A model generated the notes under the pieces. That model saw nothing but the letters and a program-made list of their open reading frames with translations. It searched no databases and was not told where the DNA came from. DNA of 64,000 bases from a virus. Positions within the stretch are counted from its first letter, which is position 1. Every line of letters starts with the position of its first letter. The stretch lies in the IMG/VR virus record IMGVR_UViG_3300047481_001036; one strand, written 5' to 3'. Positions 9,583 through 20,090 of the stretch are shown piece after piece. A program made the position numbers and the translations under genes.

Positions 9583-11133
9583 TTACTTATTAGTTTTTTT
9601 GCCTAGTTTGCTATACACAAATTCAACCAAAGCTGCTCTAGTAGAATCCATTTCGGACTCTGCTTCGCCACCAATTGAAAGATTTACATCTTCCTGTACC
9701 TCAACAGAATCTAGAACAGCAGGATCAGCATTTTGAGATGCAGACTCGGTTGCTGTGTTAGTTTCGGTCTCTACTTCTTCGCTAGCTACTGCTTCTTTTT
9801 TTGATGTTAGAGTCGCAAAAACAGAAGCCATAGTATCGAAAGCATCGTCCGACATTGATTCAAATTTACTAACAACACTATCAGCAGTGTCATTATCTAA
9901 GCCCTTCTCAACTAGGGCGGCTTTTCTCTTTAGCATTTTTTCTTTTTTGAGCATTTCTTCTTCTTTGGTTTTGTATCCAGCTAATACTTCATTAAGAGAG
10001 CTAAGTTCTGTTTCCATAGACTCAATAGCAGCCTTCATTTTCTTAACTTCTTCTTCTTTGTGTTTTAGCTCTGTATCTTTCTTAGCTGCTTCTTCTTTAA
10101 TGGCATTAATCTCATTTTGACTAGCCTCAGTAAGAGCAACAATATCTGCTTGAAGTTTATCGTTTAATGACTGAAGAGATTGAACATCAACTTCAGCTTG
10201 AGCGACTACTTCAGTATTTTCTGTTGTGACTGTTGTCATTTCGGCATTCTCTGTATTTGCTACAGCGTTTTCTTCTTTGGCTAAACTCATATTTAAATTC
10301 TCCGAATTAATGCTGGATTGAAAATTTAATACACCTGATTCGATATTTTTTTGATTTTTTTCTGGTACCAATATTTGATCTGATTGATTACTGAAAGATT
10401 TTATATCTTTTTTACTAAAGATTATACTATCTTCATTAGCTGGTTTGTCAACAAAACCTTTACCAGTAAAAGTAATGTGTCTTAAAACTCTACCTATTTT
10501 ATAGTCTTGATGTTCGCCAATTCCGCCGTATGCTCTAAGATATTTAGTTAAATATGCGGTTTCATTATTTCTATTTAAAATTTTATACTCACCAGTCTGT
10601 TTATTGAGTACACCATAATCAAATCCTTTGAAAAAACATTCCATACTAACATACTTAGTTTGATTCTCTATTTCTGCTATAAGCTTAGAAGATCTTTCTC
10701 TTAAAGCAGGATTACTGAAGCCCTTATATATAACAGAACCCGTTAGAATATGGTACTTTTCAGGTAAATTCTCTACTGGAGTATTTTCGTCTATTAAAAT
10801 TCCTTCTTCTGTAATTGGCCAATTAGATATAATATGTCCTATAATAGTATTTTCATCATGCTCTAAATTTGTAGGCTTGTGTTCTGGAGTATTTTTAGCT
10901 TGCCATACTTCAGCTTTATCAAAAATATCATCATTTTTATTCCAAGAAGATGAGACCAAAATAGACTGTACATAGTATAGGTCTTCATCATCAAAAGAAG
11001 CAATACTTTTTAGATATTTGATTTGTTTGTTTTCTTGTACACAAGGCTCTACAAAACTAGCATAGGATACAGAGGCTTTGGTTTTAATAACCTCTTCTAA
11101 TCCGTCTTGTTTTTCTGATTCGTAAATAAGCAT
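9583..11133 (-). CDS. prohead protease/scaffold fusion
   Basis: N-terminal NKNDD..NLEH..IIGHI..SMEC..GFVDKPAN protease-like domain; acidic coiled-coil C terminus; lies between portal and capsid. Confidence 0.7.
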   Translation of the reverse strand: MLIYESEKQDGLEEVIKTKASVSYASFVEPCVQENKQIKYLKSIASFDDEDLYYVQSILVSSSWNKNDDIFDKAEVWQAKNTPEHKPTNLEHDENTIIGHIISNWPITEEGILIDENTPVENLPEKYHILTGSVIYKGFSNPALRERSSKLIAEIENQTKYVSMECFFKGFDYGVLNKQTGEYKILNRNNETAYLTKYLRAYGGIGEHQDYKIGRVLRHITFTGKGFVDKPANEDSIIFSKKDIKSFSNQSDQILVPEKNQKNIESGVLNFQSSINSENLNMSLAKEENAVANTENAEMTTVTTENTEVVAQAEVDVQSLQSLNDKLQADIVALTEASQNEINAIKEEAAKKDTELKHKEEEVKKMKAAIESMETELSSLNEVLAGYKTKEEEMLKKEKMLKRKAALVEKGLDNDTADSVVSKFESMSDDAFDTMASVFATLTSKKEAVASEEVETETNTATESASQNADPAVLDSVEVQEDVNLSIGGEAESEMDSTRAALVEFVYSKLGKKTNK

Positions 11134-11156
11134 TTTATATGGCCTTTCGTATTAAA

Positions 11157-13349
11157 TTATTGATCAGATTCATTATACACCATAGAATAGAAAGAAGATT
11201 TAGCTTGTTTTACTTCATCAGTAGTTAAATCTCTTCCTAGATCCGATCTTAAATCTTTTAACCATAAATAAAAGTGATCAATATGATTTGTATTGGTATG
11301 CATACCACTAATATTTGCTTTGATATAATCTTCTGTAATATCACTAAATGGTTTTAAATCAAATAAAATTTTACTCTTTACATCTTCTAAATAGCTATAT
11401 TCTGCACTAGATAAACTGCGTAAATTTTTCTTATTATAAAAATCTAGAATAATAGGATTTATAATATTACTAATTTTTTCTTGAGCACCGTTTGCCCATA
11501 TATTAAGCTTGGCACCAGTTCTTGGACTAAAAGTTCTTTGTTTTCTAGGACCGGTATCTTTTGATAGTTTGGGTCTGCCTTCTCCTGGCTGACCTGATAA
11601 TCCATCATTAGTAACCGGCCGAGTATTAGTAGGAGCAGCTGGAGTCTTAAGCTCTATGGCTGTTTTTTCTCCTTTTTTCTTTTTTTCTAAATCTAAACCA
11701 ACCTCACTAGGAGTAACAATTCCTGATTGTAGTGCTATTTTCTTTAAAGCATTATCTATTTGAGGATCAAACCAAGGGCCTGATTTTTGTACCATACGAT
11801 TACTATCTCTTTCCCTATACTCCCTATTTAATCTAGACTTCTCCATATCTGGATCAATACCAAATTTGGTTTGTAATAATTCATCACTAATTAAATTACG
11901 ATCAGCTAATTGAACTAATAATGCCTTCTCTGAGTCTTCGTTAGATAAGTCCATTCTATCAAATTCTATTTTAGCCGGATGATTGAATCCCATAGCCTTC
12001 TGTACTAAAGCTATCTCTTGTTCCCAAAACTCTACTAATATATCTCTGCCATATTGAAGTCTTTGAGTTAAAGTTTTTAATGAGATAAAATTATTAGTAG
12101 TACCAGATGCTCCAAATGTTCCGGTAAGAGTGGGAGGAATACCAAGACCAGCATATACAGAATTAAGATGCGGAGTATACTTGCCTTCTCCTAGAAAGTT
12201 ATGTACATTAGTATTAGACTCCAATAGTTCTATGTCCGGACCCCAAATTAAATCCATAGTACCACCACCAACATTATTACCAAGTATAGAAGCTAATTTA
12301 GCTGTAGCGGCTTTAGTAGGTGCTATTTTATGTTCTAGACTTCCCAATTTAAAAATTCTAATGTTTGAGATAGCTCCGTCTAATGCTGCCATATCAGCTA
12401 GTTTTAATTTTTCTATTACAGCAATATCATCCATAATAGCATATATCATAGGATACGCCCATGACTGCCAATCATCTTTTTTATAATGGAATACTAGTGT
12501 TTTATTAGGATCTAAAGGATAACCTTTCTTAGTTTTTGCAGCTTCTATTATTTGAGCTGGTAGACCATCTACTACTTGTTTTTCTGCTGGTGTTTTAGGA
12601 TTGTTAATAGTTTTACGAAGTCCAGCGGGAAGTTGGATCTCATAAGTTTTATTCGTTATAAAAGAAGCTAAGGAACCAGCTGTGACTTCTACAAATACAG
12701 GATCTATAAAAGTATATTTCCAGGGAATCTCTCTTTTTTCTAATTCTGGTTCTGGTAAATCCGCTAGCTGCATATCAGCCGCCCCTAAAGATCTATATAA
12801 TTTATCTGTTCCTTTTAAACTTATCTTAGCTGTTCTACGATCTATAATAATATTACCGCTTTTATATAAATTATTTAAGAATCTTTCACTACGGTCTTTG
12901 CCATTAATTTTTTTGAACCATCTTCTATAAAATCTTTCTATTCTCTTATTACGATGTACTAATCTAATTCCCTGACTAGCAAAATCACCCATAAGATCTA
13001 CAACATTCTTAACTAAACCCACTCTTTGATATATATCTTCTGCTCGTCTCAATATGGCTTTGATATGAACAGGAGGGGCTTCTTGCGGTCTAAATTGATA
13101 GTAATCACTTTTAGTTAGTCCGGGGCGACTACCAGTATTACCATCTAGAGAAGAATAGTCTAAAGAATATCTTCTAGCGCCAAAAGCAGCAGTAGTCTTG
13201 TCTATTAATGTAAATTCATCTAGTGATGCAGAAGATGTTTTGAGCGCTTCTTGCTTGCTCTGAAGATCGTCTCCCCATGTTACGTAAGCTTCTTCGGGAA
13301 CGATATTGGCGTTATTTATGACGTCGTTTTTGGTTCTTTTTTTGCTCAT
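11157..13349 (-). CDS. portal protein
   Basis: 730 aa directly after terminase; AGLGIP...F and KIEF..MDL portal-like motifs. Confidence 0.75.
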   Translation of the reverse strand: MSKKRTKNDVINNANIVPEEAYVTWGDDLQSKQEALKTSSASLDEFTLIDKTTAAFGARRYSLDYSSLDGNTGSRPGLTKSDYYQFRPQEAPPVHIKAILRRAEDIYQRVGLVKNVVDLMGDFASQGIRLVHRNKRIERFYRRWFKKINGKDRSERFLNNLYKSGNIIIDRRTAKISLKGTDKLYRSLGAADMQLADLPEPELEKREIPWKYTFIDPVFVEVTAGSLASFITNKTYEIQLPAGLRKTINNPKTPAEKQVVDGLPAQIIEAAKTKKGYPLDPNKTLVFHYKKDDWQSWAYPMIYAIMDDIAVIEKLKLADMAALDGAISNIRIFKLGSLEHKIAPTKAATAKLASILGNNVGGGTMDLIWGPDIELLESNTNVHNFLGEGKYTPHLNSVYAGLGIPPTLTGTFGASGTTNNFISLKTLTQRLQYGRDILVEFWEQEIALVQKAMGFNHPAKIEFDRMDLSNEDSEKALLVQLADRNLISDELLQTKFGIDPDMEKSRLNREYRERDSNRMVQKSGPWFDPQIDNALKKIALQSGIVTPSEVGLDLEKKKKGEKTAIELKTPAAPTNTRPVTNDGLSGQPGEGRPKLSKDTGPRKQRTFSPRTGAKLNIWANGAQEKISNIINPIILDFYNKKNLRSLSSAEYSYLEDVKSKILFDLKPFSDITEDYIKANISGMHTNTNHIDHFYLWLKDLRSDLGRDLTTDEVKQAKSSFYSMVYNESDQ

Positions 13350-13403
13350 ATTATTAATAGTAATGTAATCGAATTATAATGCAACTATCCTTTAGTATAC
13401 ACT

Positions 13404-15422
13404 TTATCTATAAATTCCTGTATAAATATCATCATTAGCTCCTCCTGTAAACCAGTCTGGTCCTTTATACATTTGTCCGTCTGTTTTGACCGAATTCCTA
13501 GCATCCGCACCTATTACATCATACTCTACTGGTCCTAACGTTCTGTTAATTTGTCTAGCTATCATATTAGCTATTAATAGCGCACTATATCTATCTTTAC
13601 GCAGTCTTCCTTTTTTGTTGTGTCCTGCTTTAGTTTCCGGAGTATCCCATCTGTCTCTGGAATTTGATGATTGACTAGTTTGAGTCATAACAATAGTGGT
13701 TAATTCATTTTTTAATTCTTCTATCTCTAGGATACATTCACTTAAGCTATCATATAAAGGGTTAATTTCATCTAATATTTCTTTGCCTTCTGATTCCATG
13801 GCTAGTCCTAGTGTTAGATTATCAAAAGCAGGAAATAGCAGAGCTTTATCCTCTAGGTCTTTTCGTAATCCGTGATTAGCTTGACTGGTCCATTCCGCTT
13901 TAGCAAATTGTATTAATTCTAGAATATGTAAGCCTTGTTGACTATCTGTATCTTTAAATTTATTAGCATCAATAATAGGCCATATTAATTGCTCTCCATT
14001 TTCTAATTTATCTGGATCGTGTAAAGCTTCTTCGATAGCAATACCACCTCCCTGAGCGTCTATTCCTATCCTCATCGGAGGAAAACTTTTCATCAAATTT
14101 CTAATTTTACGAACACAGAATCCATAGAAATCATGTTCATTGACTAATCCGGTTCTTTGTCTCTCTTTAAAATTAGCTCTGTTAGTAGTCCAACAATATA
14201 CGATTCTGGAATGATTCGGATGAGCCTCTAGTATTACTATACTGAAATTATCTTGCTCTGACGCCGGATCAATACCATAAATATATTGCTTATTAGTATC
14301 TCCTTTTATTGTAGCGTCAAACTTAATAATATGTCCATCTATAGTAATAGTGTTATTTGAAACTACACAACTCTCTATTAAACTACGTCTAAAAAATCCT
14401 TCACTATCTTTAACGAAACATGCGGCATACTCCATATTGTATATTCCCGCATGAATAGTGGCTTTGGCTCTAGATACTTGTTTATCATCCATGAATCCTT
14501 TAGGTATTAATTCATAAGGAATACGAATAATAGAATAGTCTTTCCAATTAAAATTTGCAGGAACTTCACCTTTAAATAGTTCTCTAAGTTTACGTTCATC
14601 TCCTTTACTTTCGATAATACCCTTATATCTTTTCCAATACTGAGCGAAATGCTTAAAGTCATAGTCTGCTGTACCAGATATTACGGCTTGATTACCCATT
14701 CTTTTATTTATTGTATCTAATTCGTCATTCCATACTCCAGCATCTATCATAGCTTGTCTCTTAGCTTCTTCTTTTACATTTTGAATGGGACTAGCGGATA
14801 CGGCTGCGAATCCAGAAACGACGGTTTCGTATATGTCTGGAGATATAGAACTAAACTCGTCAGCAAGAATAATATGTGCTCTTAAACCTCTAATCTTATC
14901 TCCTGTACCCATAGGAATAGCTATTGCCCAACTATCTCCTAATCTTATAGTGCATCTATCAACATCTCTTCTAGGACCGTCGTCATTACCAGAAAATATA
15001 CTTCGTAGAATAGGGCTGCCTTTCCACATATTTTCCATATACTCGAAAATAATCTTGCTCTGACGAAAGGCTGCACCAACAATAACTATTTTGGTACCAG
15101 GATAAAAAATACATTTTAATATAGCGTATAAGGCTAGCGTAAAACTTTTAGAGAATCCTCGACTACCAATTAACATAGGAAAAGGTCTATTCCAAATTTC
15201 TTGGAGTACTGCTATCTGAATAGGATGTAATTCTAGATTAAAAAGCAGTTTACATGTTGATCCTAAGTATCTAGGATCTCGTAATAGTTTTATGAGATGT
15301 AAATCTGGATTTTCTATGTCTTGTTCTGTCCTATGTATCATAGGATTATTACTTAGATTTAATGCACTTAGCTCTCCTAGTCCTAGCCAAGCATCATCGA
15401 AATTAGTTTTACCCATAATCAA
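13404..15422 (-). CDS. terL: terminase large subunit
   Basis: Walker A-like GSRGFSKS, Walker B IILADEF, nuclease motif YGIDPA, C-terminal KDRYSA. Confidence 0.85.
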   Translation of the reverse strand: MIMGKTNFDDAWLGLGELSALNLSNNPMIHRTEQDIENPDLHLIKLLRDPRYLGSTCKLLFNLELHPIQIAVLQEIWNRPFPMLIGSRGFSKSFTLALYAILKCIFYPGTKIVIVGAAFRQSKIIFEYMENMWKGSPILRSIFSGNDDGPRRDVDRCTIRLGDSWAIAIPMGTGDKIRGLRAHIILADEFSSISPDIYETVVSGFAAVSASPIQNVKEEAKRQAMIDAGVWNDELDTINKRMGNQAVISGTADYDFKHFAQYWKRYKGIIESKGDERKLRELFKGEVPANFNWKDYSIIRIPYELIPKGFMDDKQVSRAKATIHAGIYNMEYAACFVKDSEGFFRRSLIESCVVSNNTITIDGHIIKFDATIKGDTNKQYIYGIDPASEQDNFSIVILEAHPNHSRIVYCWTTNRANFKERQRTGLVNEHDFYGFCVRKIRNLMKSFPPMRIGIDAQGGGIAIEEALHDPDKLENGEQLIWPIIDANKFKDTDSQQGLHILELIQFAKAEWTSQANHGLRKDLEDKALLFPAFDNLTLGLAMESEGKEILDEINPLYDSLSECILEIEELKNELTTIVMTQTSQSSNSRDRWDTPETKAGHNKKGRLRKDRYSALLIANMIARQINRTLGPVEYDVIGADARNSVKTDGQMYKGPDWFTGGANDDIYTGIYR

Positions 15423-15907
15423 TCAGACTCTTTTTCTTTTTTTACTGTTTCTATATAATGTATCTTTTTAAAAATATACTCTGCTAATTTTTGAGCATTA
15501 CTAGCATTACCACAAAATACAACATGTATATTATGTTGTAATTGTAAATCTAATATGTTTTTAATTAAAAAGGCTGGACTAATTTTAACTTTATCCCACA
15601 TTTTTTTGGGTACTGTAGAGCCTATTGGATAAACTAGTAAATCTTCTAAGTCAAATTCTAATAGTAAAAATGAATATTTAAGCTGACTCAATCGCATAAT
15701 TACATCACTAAATCTAGACTCAACAATATTTGTAGCAAATTCACTAGAGCTTTTTTTTCTTTCTATGCAAACAATGTCTTCTAGTCCTTCTATACTATAA
15801 TCCCCAGTATCTAGTTTTCTATGAGCCGTAGTGTGATTAACAAAAGACCAGGGTTGCTGCTCTCTTGTGTCAATAATGACTGTAAAATTGTTATAATTAT
15901 TTGTCAT
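15419..15907 (-). CDS. ERCC4/XPF-family nuclease
   Basis: VIIDTREQ...GDYSI...IERK signature. Confidence 0.8.
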   Translation of the reverse strand: MTNNYNNFTVIIDTREQQPWSFVNHTTAHRKLDTGDYSIEGLEDIVCIERKKSSSEFATNIVESRFSDVIMRLSQLKYSFLLLEFDLEDLLVYPIGSTVPKKMWDKVKISPAFLIKNILDLQLQHNIHVVFCGNASNAQKLAEYIFKKIHYIETVKKEKESD

Positions 15908-16187
15908 GATTATTCTTTTTAGTACTAACTATTTTTAAAAATACTGCCTCATAGATATCTTCTAGTCCTCGAATAAATTTATGATGATAATAACATAGTG
16001 TAATTCCGTTACTAACTTCGAATCTTAAACTAGGATAATGAGCCCATGTTTTAATATGATGAGCATTTAAACGTTTATTAACAGAACATCCAGGCCACTG
16101 ACATTGATGTTTGTCTCTAGTATATACTGCTTTTCTCCATTTTTTATATTGAGGGTCATTAAAATTACGCATATTTATTAATATCAC
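15897..16187 (-). CDS. HNH endonuclease (packaging-associated)
   Basis: WRKAVYTRD..CQ..C...AHHI...NGITLC..HH; true start is likely the second Met. Confidence 0.8.
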   Translation of the reverse strand: MILINMRNFNDPQYKKWRKAVYTRDKHQCQWPGCSVNKRLNAHHIKTWAHYPSLRFEVSNGITLCYYHHKFIRGLEDIYEAVFLKIVSTKKNNHDK

Positions 16188-17151
16188 TATTAACCATATC
16201 TCTAACTAAACTCTCAAAAGAAACTGTTGGTACCCATCCTAGATGTGATCGAGCTTTAGAACTATCTCCTTTGAGATAATTAACCTCGCATGGTCTATAT
16301 AATTCTGGATCTATCATCACATGATTTGTCCAATCTAAACCAACGAGATCGAAAGCTTTTTCTAGGAAATTTTGTACGGTATAGGTCTCTCCAGTACTTA
16401 GTACAAAATCATCTGCAACATTTTGTTGTAGCATTAAATACATACCATAAACATAATCTTTGGCATGACCCCAGTCTCTACTAGCTTCTAAATTGCCTAA
16501 TTTAAGCTTAGTGTCTGGACTGATAACTTTATTGATCAGTTTACCAATATAGCATGTAATTTTTCTAGTAACAAAATTTTCGCCTCGTCGTGGACTTTCA
16601 TGATTAAACAAAATGCCCGAACAAGCATATAAGTTATAGGCTTCTCTATAAATTTGTACCATACGATGACTAGCCATTTTGGCTACCGCATAAGGACTTT
16701 GAGGCAAAAACATTGTGTCTTCATTCTGATATTTATCATTATTTTTTAAGGTATAATTAGCTCCAAACATTTCGCTGGTGCTGGCTTGATAGAATCTAGT
16801 ACCAGGAGAAAATCTACGAATATTTTCTAATAGATTAATAACTCCAACAGTATCTATTTCGAATGTGGTAGTAGGCTGTTTAAAACTAGTTCCTACATGA
16901 CTTTGAGCCGCAAGATTATAAAGTTCGTCCGGCCTATATTTATCAATAATAGATGCTATATCACTAGGGTCTGTTAAATCAAATTCGTCAACAGAAAATT
17001 GAGGAGATGAAATATGAGAAATTCTATCAAAATTCAATGAACTACTGCGTCTATATAATCCGACTACATTATAATTTCTAGATAGTAATAACTCTGCTAG
17101 ATAAGATCCGTCCTGTCCTGTGACTCCGGTAATAAGTGCTGTTTTAGTCAT
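16165..17151 (-). CDS. gmd: GDP-mannose 4,6-dehydratase
   Basis: ALITGVTGQDGSYLAE, YNLAAQSHV, FYQASTSE, SPYAVAK, LFNHESPRRG, RDWGHAKDY. Confidence 0.95.
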   Translation of the reverse strand: MTKTALITGVTGQDGSYLAELLLSRNYNVVGLYRRSSSLNFDRISHISSPQFSVDEFDLTDPSDIASIIDKYRPDELYNLAAQSHVGTSFKQPTTTFEIDTVGVINLLENIRRFSPGTRFYQASTSEMFGANYTLKNNDKYQNEDTMFLPQSPYAVAKMASHRMVQIYREAYNLYACSGILFNHESPRRGENFVTRKITCYIGKLINKVISPDTKLKLGNLEASRDWGHAKDYVYGMYLMLQQNVADDFVLSTGETYTVQNFLEKAFDLVGLDWTNHVMIDPELYRPCEVNYLKGDSSKARSHLGWVPTVSFESLVRDMVNSDINKYA

Positions 17152-17965
17152 TATGTACGCTTTCTGGTGTTAATAGGGGTTGGTCTACTACTCCGTCCTG
17201 ATAAGTATGATATTCACTTAATTTAGCCCTAACCTTATCTGTGGCCATAGCTAAAATTTCCATTTCTCGTCCTTCACGTTCTCTAGTTTCTTCGTCTTCC
17301 AACATTCGTATAAGACCGACCCAAGAGCTTTTGCCGTCCTCGATTCTTTTGATACGTTGCTCTCTGGTAGCTTTGAGGTCTTTACTTATTTTTTGCTGTT
17401 CGTTAAGAAGCTTGGTATACTCATTAGTATAGTTCGCTATGCTATTTCTAGCAAAGCTTAATTGAGTTTCCATATTTGCTAGTTTGGGAATATCTCTTTG
17501 GTCTTCGGGCTTAAGGTATTCGGCATCTACAAGCTTTTGTAATTTTTCAGTTTCGCTAATATGTCTTTTGCGTTCTTTCATAGAACGATTAATAAGAATA
17601 TCTATGGTTATAAATTGTTTAATCTGTAATTCTTCTGCTGGTAAAACGTCTTCTCGGAACTGTTTTATTAAACCTACCCATGTATCCTCAAAATATTGAA
17701 GTTCTCCGCTATCAGCATCAAACTGACGCTTGATTTCTAGCCAAAAGGTTTTGGTATGCAGTTTTTGTTTTAAGATATCATTTTCACTATGATCTGCTAT
17801 AATTGCTAGATTATTTTCTTCTGCATATCGTCGTACAGGATCAACATTACGATTAATGTTATCTGCTATTTGCTGCAAAGTTAAGGACTGAAAATTCTCA
17901 CGAATATATTTCTCTTCATCTAAGCTTAGTTGTCCTCGTTTTTTTGGAATGATTCTTTTTTCCAA
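17144..17965 (-). CDS. HTH plus coiled-coil protein, possible terminase small subunit
   Basis: N-terminal LTLQQIADNINR HTH-like segment; helical body; upstream of terL in the same operon. Function inferred from position. Confidence 0.35.
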   Translation of the reverse strand: MEKRIIPKKRGQLSLDEEKYIRENFQSLTLQQIADNINRNVDPVRRYAEENNLAIIADHSENDILKQKLHTKTFWLEIKRQFDADSGELQYFEDTWVGLIKQFREDVLPAEELQIKQFITIDILINRSMKERKRHISETEKLQKLVDAEYLKPEDQRDIPKLANMETQLSFARNSIANYTNEYTKLLNEQQKISKDLKATREQRIKRIEDGKSSWVGLIRMLEDEETREREGREMEILAMATDKVRAKLSEYHTYQDGVVDQPLLTPESVHND

Positions 17966-18591
17966 TTGTTGTCCTCCATTAGCTTAAAAATGTGAGCTTG
18001 TAATTTTGTTAGGTCCGCTTTGGGTACTTTAGCTCCATGCTTTAATTTTAAATATGTTTCTCTGTATTCTGATTGAATATTAGCGTCTAAAAATTGTATT
18101 AGTTCATTATTGGCTACTAAAGAATCTAAGTTTGTGTGACTTTCTGCGGAATTAAAATTATTTTCTATATATGATGGTTGTATAATATTCTTTTTAATTT
18201 CATTACGCTTAGCCCATGCTGCATATGGTACACAATCTTGCTTATTGGTAAATTGTGAACATTGATTAGTAGAATTTTTGCATAATTTATCATAAAAAGG
18301 ACAAGTATGACAAGGCTTATCGGGCCTTTGATAGTTGTTACGTTTATAGTTAAATAACCTATTCCTAACGTGTGTCCATAAAAAGTTTTCCAACGGTCTT
18401 TTTTTGTCGTAATTTTGAAGGCCTTCCAAAGCAAAAATAGCAGCTTGCTGTTTCATATCCTCTGTGCTGTGATATGCGAATCTAAACTTATTAGCTAATC
18501 TTTTGCTGATATTATCTAAAACTAATAAAAACTCTTCTGTGGATACTCCATTAGGTAGTTGGTTTGGTATTTGTAGTTTCTTTTTCTTCAT
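17926..18591 (-). CDS. phage sigma70-family (region 2) factor with Cys-rich insertion
   Basis: EDMKQQAAIFALEGLQNYD..RPLENFLWTHVRNRLFNYKR resembles sigma region 2; CHTC...C...C...C follows. Confidence 0.7.
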   Translation of the reverse strand: MKKKKLQIPNQLPNGVSTEEFLLVLDNISKRLANKFRFAYHSTEDMKQQAAIFALEGLQNYDKKRPLENFLWTHVRNRLFNYKRNNYQRPDKPCHTCPFYDKLCKNSTNQCSQFTNKQDCVPYAAWAKRNEIKKNIIQPSYIENNFNSAESHTNLDSLVANNELIQFLDANIQSEYRETYLKLKHGAKVPKADLTKLQAHIFKLMEDNNWKKESFQKNEDN

Positions 18592-18721
18592 GTAGTAATT
18601 GCGCTATGGTTTTAGTTTCTGGACAATTCATATCGGATGATACATCACATATTGAGCCTGATGCACAAACCTTTAATGTGGAATTGGCCATATTTAATTG
18701 AGAAAAATCTAGATTGTTCAT
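18551..18721 (-). CDS. small hypothetical protein (56 aa)
   Basis: Manual ORF MNNLDFSQLN...TKPTT; AAGGA SD upstream; overlaps the sigma gene start. Confidence 0.45.
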   Translation of the reverse strand: MNNLDFSQLNMANSTLKVCASGSICDVSSDMNCPETKTIAQLLHEEKETTNTKPTT

Positions 18722-18813
18722 TTTTTATTCCTTGCTTCAAACTTGCCAACTGTTATTATAGTATGTTTTGTGTGGATATTGTCAACTTAAATTGTAGGAA
18801 GGGAAATTAATTT

Positions 18814-19047
18814 ATGGCTAATTATAAGAAATGGACCGATGTGGAACTATCATATATTCAGGATAATCACTCGTTATTGTGTGATGAGAGTCTAGCCGCT
18901 TCGCTAAGCAAAATTACTGGTAGTCCTGTTAGTACCGCTATGGTAAGACGTCAAAGACGCAAACTGTCGCTAAAAAAGAGCAGAGGTCGCCCTAAGAAGA
19001 CTCCTAATGTTCAATCACCAGTACAGTCTAGTGAAGCTGTTTCTTGA
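18814..19047 (+). CDS. small DNA-binding protein (HTH-like, AT-hook-like RGRPKK)
   Basis: KWTDVEL..I..., VRRQRRKL, KKSRGRPKK. Confidence 0.55.
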   Translation: MANYKKWTDVELSYIQDNHSLLCDESLAASLSKITGSPVSTAMVRRQRRKLSLKKSRGRPKKTPNVQSPVQSSEAVS

Positions 19048-19074
19048 ACCTTTAATGACTCAATCTTTATGCAG

Positions 19075-19109
19075 AAAGAAGCTGGTTAGCGTATAGCCTG
19101 CTTCTTTTT
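19075..19109 (+). terminator. intrinsic terminator
   Basis: AAAGAAGC-TGGTTA-GCGTA-TAGCCT-GCTTCTTTTT. Confidence 0.55.
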
Positions 19110-19141
19110 GTATTTAAATGGCCAACCCCAGGAAATATCCC

Positions 19142-20090
19142 ATGAAAGTTTTAATTTCAGGAGCGAGTGGATTCTTAGGTAGTAGAGTAGTTGACCAATT
19201 AAAAAAAGATAATCATAAGATCAAAACCTTTAGGTCAGTAGAGACTGATTTGATTAAATATGACCAAACTATAGCTTTGGTAGCTTCTTATAAACCTGAT
19301 GTTGTGATACATTGTGCTGCAAAGGTGGGAGGAATAGGGGCGAATATGGCCAATCCTGCCGACTTTATATATAGTAATTTGACGATGGGATGTAATCTTA
19401 TTCAGGCTAGCAGTGTTGTGGGGGGTGGATAAATTTGTAATGGTGGGTACGGTATGTTCTTATCCTAAATTTTGTAGTGTGCCTTTTAATGAAGAAGATT
19501 TATGGAATGGTTTTCCAGAAGAAACTAATGCTCCTTATGGAATAGCTAAAAAAACATTGGGGGTTATGTTAAAAGCATATTATAATCAGTATAATTTAAA
19601 AAGTATAATACTAATGCCTTGTAATTTATACGGGCCTGGCGATAATTTTGATGATAAGTCTAGTCATGTTATTCCAGCGTTAATTAAAAAGTTTGTTCAT
19701 GCTAAGCAAAACAATTTAAAGTCTGTGCATTGTTGGGGCGATGGTAGTGCTACTAGAGAGTTCTTGTATGTAAATGATGCTGCACGAGCTATAGCTATGT
19801 CTATAAACAACTGTGGTGATGCAGAGATCGTTAACCTGGGGTCTTCTGGGGAAATTAGCATACGGGAATTAGCCGAAATGATTAAGTCTATAGTTGGATT
19901 TGGTGGTGAAATAATTTGGGATAAATCTATGCCTAATGGTCAGCCTAGGAGATTGTTGGATACTACCAAAGCCAAAAAAATATTGGGATGGGAACCTAAA
20001 GTAGAGTTTACGACGGGACTGACCGATACTATAAACTGGTGGATCAATCAACAATCAAAGGAAGAAAAATATGAAAACAATAATGAATAG
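19142..20090 (+). pseudogene. fcl: GDP-L-fucose synthase, split by a +1 frameshift in a G6 run at 19420-19425
   Basis: First ORF: MKVLISGASGFLGS...AAKVGGIGAN. Second ORF: GTVCSYPK...N.PYGIAK...PCNLYGPGDNF...SHVIPALI...WGDGSATREFLY. Removing one G fuses them. Confidence 0.85.

Noticed and set aside
228-17699. Short plus-strand ORFs within the structural module
   Set aside because: Antisense to long conserved genes.
18733-18748. Sigma54-like TGGCAA-N5-AAGC on the minus strand before the late operon
   Set aside because: Weak match, and too close to the SD and start codon at 18721.
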